Below, piece after piece: positions 9,345-16,489 of a stretch of 54,656 nucleotides of DNA. Position 1 is the stretch's first letter; each line of letters begins with the position of its first letter. The DNA is from a virus (lineage: Duplodnaviria; Caudoviricetes), in the IMG/VR virus record IMGVR_UViG_3300037518_000672, positions 1 to 54,656 of that record, one strand, 5' to 3'. The position numbers and the translations under genes were made by a program. The notes below the pieces were generated by a model. That model made no database searches and was not told the origin of the DNA. It was given only the letters and a program-made list of their open reading frames with translations.

Positions 9345-9373
9345 ATTGTACTACAAAAAATAAGACTTGCCAA
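9345..9373 (-). promoter_or_regulatory. Sigma70-like promoter for a leaderless tnpB transcript
   Basis: TTGGCA-17 nt-TACAAT; ATG 7 nt downstream and no RBS. Confidence 0.7.
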
Positions 9374-9420
9374 ATACCCTTGACAAGCCGCGCGAGACGG
9401 CCCGGCAGCAGGTCTCAATT

Positions 9421-9465
9421 TTGCCTAAATTGACAATTGAGCGGCCACCGAAAAAATGATAGGAT
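9421..9465 (+). promoter_or_regulatory. Head-operon promoter with a conserved upstream motif
   Basis: TTGCCTAAATTGACAATTGA is identical to 53021-53040; TTGAGC-17-TAGGAT. Confidence 0.6.
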
Positions 9466-9505
9466 AGGATCGCGGGCCATGCGATCCTCGGCCCAACAGT
9501 TTTTA

Positions 9506-9557
9506 GCCCGACAGAGCGCGAGCCGGGGCAGTCTTTTTGAGACCGCCCCGGCTTTTT
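9506..9557 (+). terminator. Leader terminator with conserved upstream motif (putative antitermination switch 1)
   Basis: GCCCGACAGAG..CCGGGGCAGTC; hairpin 9521-9553 followed by a T-run. Confidence 0.6.
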
Positions 9558-9574
9558 GATTTTGAGGAAAACCG

Positions 9575-11209
9575 ATGCCAGACCAACTGACCCCAGGTGC
9601 GACCGCCTGGATTGGCTTTTTTCTACCACCCGAGGTGGCCCAGCCGTTGGCCCTGGCCGGCGGCGAGCCGGCCAGCGAGCTACATCTGACTCTGGCCTTC
9701 TTGGGAGATGCCGACAAATTAGATCTGGACCGGCTGAAGGAGGGCCTGGCCCTGTGGGGCAAGAACCAAATCCCCATCAGTGGTCGGATCAGCGGGGTGG
9801 GCCGTTTCAACGAAACCGGCGAGGAGGGCCAGCACGCCTTTTATGCCTCGGTCGATGCGCCCGGCCTGGCCCGTTTCCGACAAAATCTGGTCAACGAGCT
9901 AGACTGGCTCGACTGCCCGGCCGACCGAACTCACGGCTACACCCCCCACATTACCCTGCAATACCTCCCGGCCGGCGATCCCTCGCCGCTAACCAGCCTG
10001 GAGCGGATTTTCGAGGTCGAGCTCGACACAATGACCCTGGTCATCAGCGAGCCACCTGTCGCCGACAGCGACCGGCGCGAGCTGCGCCGGATCGAGTACC
10101 AACTGACCGGCGGCCCGGTCGAGAAAACGCAGGCGGCCGGCTTCGGCGTGAGCGCTCAGTCGAACGGCCAGTGGACCCGCTTTGCCAAGATCGACAGCCT
10201 CGACGCCGAAGAGCGAATGATCTACGGCGTCGCCGCGACCGAGGAACCCGACGATCAGGCGGGGGTCTGGGAAGGCCGGAAATACGAGGGCGATATCGTG
10301 ACCATCGAGGCCATCGAGGAGGCCCTGCCCGACTATCTGAAATGGGCCAACATCCGGGAGATGCACCAGCCCTCGGCTGTGGGCACGACCCTGGAGACCG
10401 AGATCAAGGACCGTAAGCTCCACATCGGGGTCAGGATCGTGGACGGGCCGGCCTGGGAAAAAGTGAAAGAAAAGGTCTACCGCGGCTTCTCGGTCGGCGG
10501 CCAGGTCCTCAAGGCCAAACTAGTGGAGATCGGCGGCAAAATCTACCGCAAGATCTTAAAACTCAAACTCTATGAAATTTCATTGGTGGATCGGCCCGCG
10601 AATGGCGGCTCCGAAATTTTACTATTCAAGCTCTCTACGGAGGAAACGATGGCAACAGACAACAAAGACAAAAAGCCCGCGGCGGCCAACTCGGACGGCG
10701 GGGCCGGCGACAAAGCGGCCCAGGCCCTCACCATGCTCCAGGAACTGCGCGACGAATGCGAGCGCAGCGGGGATATGGCCGGGGCCGGCAAGTACGGCCG
10801 GGCCATTGCCTTGATGATCGGCGAGGCCGAGGGGTCGATAGCGGCCGGCGAAGGCGTGGAAGACGACGAAGTGCAACTGAGCCAAAAGAGCGGCGACCTG
10901 CAAAAGGCCATCAAGCCCGCTTTGGACGGCCTGGCTAAGGCCATTCAAGACGGCCTGGCCGAGCAATTCAAGACGCTCGATGAGCGGCTGGCCAATATCG
11001 AGGCCCAACCGGCCGCCGGCGGCCCCAGCCTGCGCCAGGCCGAGAAGCCTGCGCCGGGCCAGCAAAAACCGGCCCGCCAGGATCCCGCCTTCACCAAAGG
11101 GCAACTGGGCGACCTCAAGCAAAAGGCATCGACGGAGCCGAACCCGGCCCTGCGGGCTCAGTACCAGCAGCAGTACATCCACATTCTGGAATCAGCGGTC
11201 GCCGCCTAA
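9575..11209 (+). CDS. 2H phosphoesterase domain fused to prohead protease and scaffold region
   Basis: HLTL and HITL motifs in the first ~160 aa; IREMH, YRGFSVGG, EISLVDRPAN protease motifs; acidic helical C-terminus; precedes the capsid gene. Confidence 0.85.
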   Translation: MPDQLTPGATAWIGFFLPPEVAQPLALAGGEPASELHLTLAFLGDADKLDLDRLKEGLALWGKNQIPISGRISGVGRFNETGEEGQHAFYASVDAPGLARFRQNLVNELDWLDCPADRTHGYTPHITLQYLPAGDPSPLTSLERIFEVELDTMTLVISEPPVADSDRRELRRIEYQLTGGPVEKTQAAGFGVSAQSNGQWTRFAKIDSLDAEERMIYGVAATEEPDDQAGVWEGRKYEGDIVTIEAIEEALPDYLKWANIREMHQPSAVGTTLETEIKDRKLHIGVRIVDGPAWEKVKEKVYRGFSVGGQVLKAKLVEIGGKIYRKILKLKLYEISLVDRPANGGSEILLFKLSTEETMATDNKDKKPAAANSDGGAGDKAAQALTMLQELRDECERSGDMAGAGKYGRAIALMIGEAEGSIAAGEGVEDDEVQLSQKSGDLQKAIKPALDGLAKAIQDGLAEQFKTLDERLANIEAQPAAGGPSLRQAEKPAPGQQKPARQDPAFTKGQLGDLKQKASTEPNPALRAQYQQQYIHILESAVAA

Positions 11210-11250
11210 GCCCAGCTTTCGGCTAACCGAGAAAGACAAGGAGACTCAAA

Positions 11251-12810
11251 ATGACTATTTTAGGATTTGTGAATGGTGGCATTCAGGACGTTTCGCTCGA
11301 AACCGTCCAGGCCATCAAAAAGATCATGGGGGGCGGCCTGAGCCGGGAAGACGTTGGTAGCGGCTACATTCAAAAGGCTGACCAAACAGTGACCCTGGCC
11401 AGCGGCCTGGTCGCCTATGACCTGCAAGCCCCGGCCAAAAACCTCTACCCGGTCCTGACGCCCATCCGCAACCGGCTGCCGCGCAAGGTGCGCGGCTCCG
11501 GGGCCGGTGATGCCGCCCACTGGAAAGAAGTTTCAGCCATCACCGGCTCCGGCGTGGCCTCGATGGGCTGGGTTCCTGAAGGCCAGCGATCCGGGCGGAT
11601 GACCATCACCTCTGCCGACAAGAGCGCGACGTACAAAACCCTGGGCGAAGAGACCGACGTCTCGTTCGAGGCCCAATCCGCCGGCGAGGGCTTCGAGGAC
11701 GTGCTGTCCACCTCCGGCATGCGCCTGCTCCAGCAGGTGATGATCAAAGAGGAGTATGCCTTGCTCGGCGGCAACGCCAGCGTCGATCTGGGCACGCCCA
11801 CCGCGCCGACGGTGGCAGCCGAGGCCACCGAGGGCACCATCGAAGCGGGCACCTACAACGTGGCCGTAGTCGCCCTGACCCAGGAGGGCTACCTGGTAGC
11901 CAGCATCGCCGATGGGGTCAAGCAACAGGTGACCGTCACCGGGCAGGACGGCAAGACCTTCACCATCAACGGCGGCTCATCCAACAAGTCGGCCACCACC
12001 TCCACCGGCGCAATAACCGGCGCAACCAACCTGATCGGGGCCAGCACTCCGGCGATCCGGGGCGCGGTGGCCTACGCCTGGTATGTCGGCGCCGCCGGCG
12101 AAGAGAAGCTCGAAGCCATCACCACCACCAACTCGGTCTTGCTGACCGCTCTGGCCGGCACCGGTCAGGACCTGGCCGATGTCACGGCCGACCGCAGCAA
12201 AAACGCCAACCTCGGTTTTGACGGCCTGCTCTACCACGTTTTCAAAACCGGCAGCCAGGGCTATCACCATGCTATGGCCACCGGGACCGAGGGCACCGGG
12301 ACGGGGTTGACCGCCACCGGTCGCGGCACCATCACCGAGATCGATGAGATGCTACTCAACATGTGGGACAACTACCGGATCAGCCCGGAAGAGATCTACG
12401 TCAGCGGCCAGGAGATGAAAAACATCATCGCCAAAACCTTCACCGATGGCTCCAACCCGTTGGTCCGATTTATGATCGACGCCAACAACATGAACCCGAC
12501 CTACGTGGCCGGCCAGGTGGTCGGCTGGTATTTCAACCCGTACACCATGAGCGGCGGGCAGGCCATCCCGATCCGGCTGCACCCGCAGTTGGCCAAAGGC
12601 ACTATCCTGGCCTGGGCCCAAAACCTGCCCGGTTTCTACCAATCGAACAACGTGCCGAATACGGCCGAGGTCCTGTCTCGCCGGGATTACCATCAAATCC
12701 CCTGGCCGCTGATCACCCGGGCCAACGAGACCGGCGTCTACGCCGAAGAGGTTCTGGCCTGCTATGCCCCGTTTGCCCTGGGCGTGATTACAAATATCGG
12801 CGATCAATGA
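11251..12810 (+). CDS. Major capsid protein (with central beta-rich insertion)
   Basis: Follows the protease; YDLQAPAKNLYPVLTPIRNRLPR and C-terminal GVITNI. Confidence 0.85.
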   Translation: MTILGFVNGGIQDVSLETVQAIKKIMGGGLSREDVGSGYIQKADQTVTLASGLVAYDLQAPAKNLYPVLTPIRNRLPRKVRGSGAGDAAHWKEVSAITGSGVASMGWVPEGQRSGRMTITSADKSATYKTLGEETDVSFEAQSAGEGFEDVLSTSGMRLLQQVMIKEEYALLGGNASVDLGTPTAPTVAAEATEGTIEAGTYNVAVVALTQEGYLVASIADGVKQQVTVTGQDGKTFTINGGSSNKSATTSTGAITGATNLIGASTPAIRGAVAYAWYVGAAGEEKLEAITTTNSVLLTALAGTGQDLADVTADRSKNANLGFDGLLYHVFKTGSQGYHHAMATGTEGTGTGLTATGRGTITEIDEMLLNMWDNYRISPEEIYVSGQEMKNIIAKTFTDGSNPLVRFMIDANNMNPTYVAGQVVGWYFNPYTMSGGQAIPIRLHPQLAKGTILAWAQNLPGFYQSNNVPNTAEVLSRRDYHQIPWPLITRANETGVYAEEVLACYAPFALGVITNIGDQ

Positions 12811-12877
12811 TTTTTTCGTACTCAGGGCTTCCGGTCGCCCGCGCTCCGGCGCGAAGCGTGAAAATTCGGAGTCCGAT

Positions 12878-12913
12878 GGCTTTAGCCATTGGAGGCTGGC
12901 AACAGCTAAAGCC
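12878..12913. repeat. REP-like palindrome after the capsid gene
   Basis: GGCTTTAGC...GCTAAAGCC inverted repeat. Confidence 0.4.
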
Positions 12914-12952
12914 GTTGCACTTCACAATTTATTTTTACAGGAGACAATCTCG

Positions 12953-13210
12953 ATGACAGACAAAAAAGAAGCAGCCAAAGAGCAAAAGACCGAGACCGCC
13001 GAGGAGCCGACCGAAAAGCGGACGGCCGCCAAAGCGGAAGAGAAAGAGCCAAAGGCCGGCCTGGTTCAGTTTCACGTGCCGGGCCACCAGACCCGCTTCG
13101 CGTTCGGCAAGAAGATCTATCCGGTCAAAAACCACAAGGTAGACTTGCCGGCGGGCGAGACCTGGTACGCTCCCCTGATCGAGAACGGGACGCTGACCCA
13201 GGAGGAGTAG
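12953..13210 (+). CDS. Small hypothetical head-associated protein
   Basis: AGGAG RBS; follows the capsid gene. Confidence 0.65.
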   Translation: MTDKKEAAKEQKTETAEEPTEKRTAAKAEEKEPKAGLVQFHVPGHQTRFAFGKKIYPVKNHKVDLPAGETWYAPLIENGTLTQEE

Positions 13211-13212
13211 GC

Positions 13213-13809
13213 GTGGACTACACCACCCTGGCCTACGCCAAGGCTGTCCTCGACAACGTCGAGGTGACGGACGATGATCTGCTGGCCAAGGCCATCGCCG
13301 CGGCCAGCCGCTTCATCGACCATCACTGCACCGGCGTCTTCCGGCCGGAGGCCGACAACTACTTCGAGTTGGCCGAGGTGACGGATGAGCAAATCCGGGG
13401 ACTGATCGACCGACAGGGCCGCCTCCTCTGCCACCCGCGCAAGTCGAACGTCAACAGCGTCGCGGCCCTGGCCTATCGCCCGTCTCCCCGGCACGATTGG
13501 GAAAATGTCGAGCCTGACCTGATCGAGCTTGATGGCGGTCGGGTTCTGGCCTGGACCCAGTTTTTTGGCCGGGGCCAGGTGCGGCTCAAAATCTCCTACA
13601 GTGGCGGCCTGGCTGCCACCCCGGATGATCTGCCGGCAGACCTGCGCGAGATCGCCAACGTGCTGGCCGTCCGATTTTACCGAGAGGACAAGGCCGGGCT
13701 GTCCGACGCTATCGGGGTGACCGAACTGGGGACCCTGTTTTACACCAAGGCGCTACCGCCGAGGGTGGTCAAAATGATGACTACCTACATGCGGGTCGTC
13801 CCCTGGTAA
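13213..13809 (+). CDS. Head-tail connector (gp6/gp15-like)
   Basis: YTTLAYAK...AASRFIDHHC...YSGG...PADL pattern. Confidence 0.75.
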   Translation: MDYTTLAYAKAVLDNVEVTDDDLLAKAIAAASRFIDHHCTGVFRPEADNYFELAEVTDEQIRGLIDRQGRLLCHPRKSNVNSVAALAYRPSPRHDWENVEPDLIELDGGRVLAWTQFFGRGQVRLKISYSGGLAATPDDLPADLREIANVLAVRFYREDKAGLSDAIGVTELGTLFYTKALPPRVVKMMTTYMRVVPW

Positions 13810-13845
13810 CTCATCAATCCAAAGATTTCACGAAAGGATTACACC

Positions 13846-14298
13846 ATGAAAAAGTTTTTGTCGATCACAGCGGCGATCCTGGTCGCCCTGGCTATCCTGG
13901 CCGGATCCCTGGGCCTCCTGCCCCAAGCCACGGCGACCGAGGCGCAAGCTGCGCCGCCGGCGGCAGTGACCCCGCTCACCTTTGTGGCCCGCAACACCGT
14001 CGTCACCCAGGGCTTTACGACCAACGCCTTCGAGGTGGCCGATTACACCACCCTCTTCCTTCAGCACGCCATCCAGCAGGCGGCCATTACGAACGCGACC
14101 ACTATTACATTTCAGCGCTCAGTGAACGGCTGGGAGTGGATCGATGGGCCGGTGCTGGCCGAGGCCAGCGCGACCGAGGAGGCCACAGTGTCGGCCATTA
14201 CGACCTACACCGTGGCCGAACGATATGGCCGCATTCAGGTCGGCCTGGCTAACACGACCCCGGTCACCCTGAACGTGGTCGGTGCCGCCAAACCGTGA
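13846..14298 (+). CDS. Protein with N-terminal signal peptide or membrane anchor
   Basis: MKK + hydrophobic stretch + AQA; beta-rich remainder. Confidence 0.65.
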   Translation: MKKFLSITAAILVALAILAGSLGLLPQATATEAQAAPPAAVTPLTFVARNTVVTQGFTTNAFEVADYTTLFLQHAIQQAAITNATTITFQRSVNGWEWIDGPVLAEASATEEATVSAITTYTVAERYGRIQVGLANTTPVTLNVVGAAKP

Positions 14299-14765
14299 CC
14301 GTCGCCACCATCAAGCCCCGCCTGGCCGTAATCCAGGCCGGTATCACCGGGGTCAAGCGAGCCTTCGCCCAGGCCCCGGGCAGCCTGCCGCCGGGCGACC
14401 TGCCTCTCTTCGCCAATTTCACCGGGGCCGCTCGCCACAACTGGCAGATCATCGGCCACGATCAGGACCTGGAGACGCGGAACTATCTCATGCGGCTCTA
14501 CGTGCGACCGGTAGGCCAGGGCATCGACGGCGAGGCGGAGCGATTGTGCGAGCCATTTTTTGTCAGCGTCCGGGACGCCTTTGCATCCCGGCCCGGCCTG
14601 GGGCTGGGTGTAGCCGGCAGCCATTTGGCCGGAGTGCAGCAGGCCGTTTTTTTGGGCGATAGCGGGGTCAGTGTCCTGCGCTACAGCGGCCAGGATTTTA
14701 TTGGGATCGAATTTCGGCTGGAGGTGAACGAGTATGTCGAGGTCAACTACGAAGCGTTCGAATAA
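14295..14765 (+). CDS. Tail terminator/completion-like protein
   Basis: Size, position before the major tail gene, beta-rich C-terminus. Confidence 0.55.
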   Translation: MTVATIKPRLAVIQAGITGVKRAFAQAPGSLPPGDLPLFANFTGAARHNWQIIGHDQDLETRNYLMRLYVRPVGQGIDGEAERLCEPFFVSVRDAFASRPGLGLGVAGSHLAGVQQAVFLGDSGVSVLRYSGQDFIGIEFRLEVNEYVEVNYEAFE

Positions 14766-14949
14766 GACGATAGCTTGTCCGGCCGGGTGCGGCCGGGAAC
14801 TACCGCTCGAAGCCCACCCGACCGGGCCGGGCCGGGTGATCGCTTACTGCGATTGCCAAACCAAATTCAGGCGGGCGGTCTACGAGGCCCCAGGGCCGGA
14901 TACGGGCAAGGCCGAACCGGCGGGCCCCGACCCGAAAGAGGCCGCCTGA
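14734..14949 (+). CDS. Possible small Cys-rich protein
   Basis: CPAGC...CDC; start uncertain. Confidence 0.3.
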   Translation: MSRSTTKRSNKTIACPAGCGRELPLEAHPTGPGRVIAYCDCQTKFRRAVYEAPGPDTGKAEPAGPDPKEAA

Positions 14950-14994
14950 GCGGCCCGCTTGGGGAAATTCCCCAGATAGCACCCCAGATCAAAC

Positions 14995-15045
14995 GCCTGA
15001 CAGAGATCAATTCCGGGGCAGACCTCGACTGAGGACTGCCTTTTT
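14995..15045 (+). terminator. Putative antitermination switch 2, before the tail genes
   Basis: GCCTGACAGAG..CCGGGGCAGAC; hairpin then TTTTT. Confidence 0.55.
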
Positions 15046-15063
15046 ATTTCTAGGAGAAACCCT

Positions 15064-15900
15064 ATGGCAGCACCAGCAAATACAAAATCCGGTGTCGGCT
15101 TTCGGCACTGCCAGATCTTTACCCTAACCACCAGCGGCCTGCTGGCCGCGGTCGACGATACCGCCTACGAGGGCCTGGAGATTTCGGGCGCACGCGGCCT
15201 GACCCTGCCCATCCCGGAGCCGCAGCAGATCAACCACTACGGCGACGACCGGATCTTTGCCGTGGACAGACTGCCGCCCAACGAGTCGATCAGCGGTACC
15301 CTGACCGTCGGCAAAAACAATTTCGACGTGGACGCCCTGATCACCGGCCAAAACGTGGTCACTATCGGCGAGACCAAGCTTTTCGGCCGAGCCACCGACA
15401 GGCAGGGCAGCGAGGCCCAGGTCTGCATGATAGCCTGGCGGCAAACGCTGGATACGACCCCCGGAGCCAGCCGGGTCCGGCGCTGGGACGTGCGGCTGAT
15501 GCCCGTCTGCCAGATCATCCCCATGAACCCGTCATTCGACGCCAGCAACCCCGAGGAAATGACCTACACCGTCCGGCCGCAGGTGGTCAGCGCCTACCCC
15601 TGGGGCATTTCCTTTGCCGAAGGCGTCGAGGGCTATACCGAGGGCCAGCTCATTGACGCCACGACCGAGTATAAGCCCAAGTTAGTCGCCTTCCTGGGAG
15701 ATGCCGCGGCCGTCGCCTTCAGCCTACCGGCCGCGGCTCCGGCGGTGTCCACCGCCAAAATGCAGGTCTGGCATACCGTGGCCGCGACCGGCGTGACCAC
15801 CGATGTGACCGGCACCGTCACCCTGGCCGTTGGCTCGGTCACGTTTGCGCTAGCCCCGGCCGCCGGAGACACGATCACGGTCTGGTACGAATACGCCTAG
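15064..15900 (+). CDS. Major tail tube protein
   Basis: Position and size; upstream of chaperone and tape measure genes. Confidence 0.65.
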   Translation: MAAPANTKSGVGFRHCQIFTLTTSGLLAAVDDTAYEGLEISGARGLTLPIPEPQQINHYGDDRIFAVDRLPPNESISGTLTVGKNNFDVDALITGQNVVTIGETKLFGRATDRQGSEAQVCMIAWRQTLDTTPGASRVRRWDVRLMPVCQIIPMNPSFDASNPEEMTYTVRPQVVSAYPWGISFAEGVEGYTEGQLIDATTEYKPKLVAFLGDAAAVAFSLPAAAPAVSTAKMQVWHTVAATGVTTDVTGTVTLAVGSVTFALAPAAGDTITVWYEYA

Positions 15901-15910
15901 AGCTGAACCC

Positions 15911-16489
15911 ATGCAAACCAAAACTGTTGCTTTCGGAACAACCTATCGAGTGACCGTGAGCGAGGCGACGGTGGCGATGGGGTTTCGGCGTTCGCAATTG
16001 AGAACAGCAGCGGCCAGGGAAGCCGTCGACTTCGAGGAGCGCATCCTGGGGGAACTCACTTACCCCGACCTGGTCGCGGCCACCCTCGCCGTCGAGGGCC
16101 TGCCTTGGCCGCTTGACTTTGCCTCGTTCCTGGCTTTGCCGGAGCAACTGCTCACCCCCTGGGAGGCAGCGGTCTACGACCTCAATCCGCACTGGCTGCC
16201 GACCGAACCTTCAACCGAGCAGGTGGACCGGCTGGCCTTGCGCCTGGCCGAAAAACACGAGCGGCTGAAGGCGGAAAAAGATCTACCCCCTGAACTGCCG
16301 GAGGCGATCCACCTCAACGAGCCGGAGACGGCCTACCAACTCTACCAACTGCTGGAGCTATCCGGCTGGCGCTGGCCACCGGATGTTTTGCTGCGCCAGC
16401 CGGAGGCCCTACTGACCGACATCCTGCAAATCGCATCGATAGACCAAAAGGTCGAAAAGATGGTGGGGAAAGGGGCTCCTAGTGGCTGA
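15911..16489 (+). CDS. Tail assembly chaperone
   Basis: Between the tail tube and tape measure genes. Confidence 0.55.
   Translation: MQTKTVAFGTTYRVTVSEATVAMGFRRSQLRTAAAREAVDFEERILGELTYPDLVAATLAVEGLPWPLDFASFLALPEQLLTPWEAAVYDLNPHWLPTEPSTEQVDRLALRLAEKHERLKAEKDLPPELPEAIHLNEPETAYQLYQLLELSGWRWPPDVLLRQPEALLTDILQIASIDQKVEKMVGKGAPSG

Noticed and set aside
9338-9418. N-terminal extension of TnpB given in the ORF track
   Set aside because: It overlaps the promoter; TnpB-like sequence starts at MDTVIKAHKIRL (9337).
6971-9578. Shared TAM/PAM next to the two self-matches
   Set aside because: The 5' flanks on the - strand differ (CTTTCC versus GCATCG), so no motif can be derived from this genome alone.
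15911-16489. Programmed frameshift in the tail chaperone
   Set aside because: A single ORF already spans the gap to the tape measure gene, and no clear slippery heptamer was seen.
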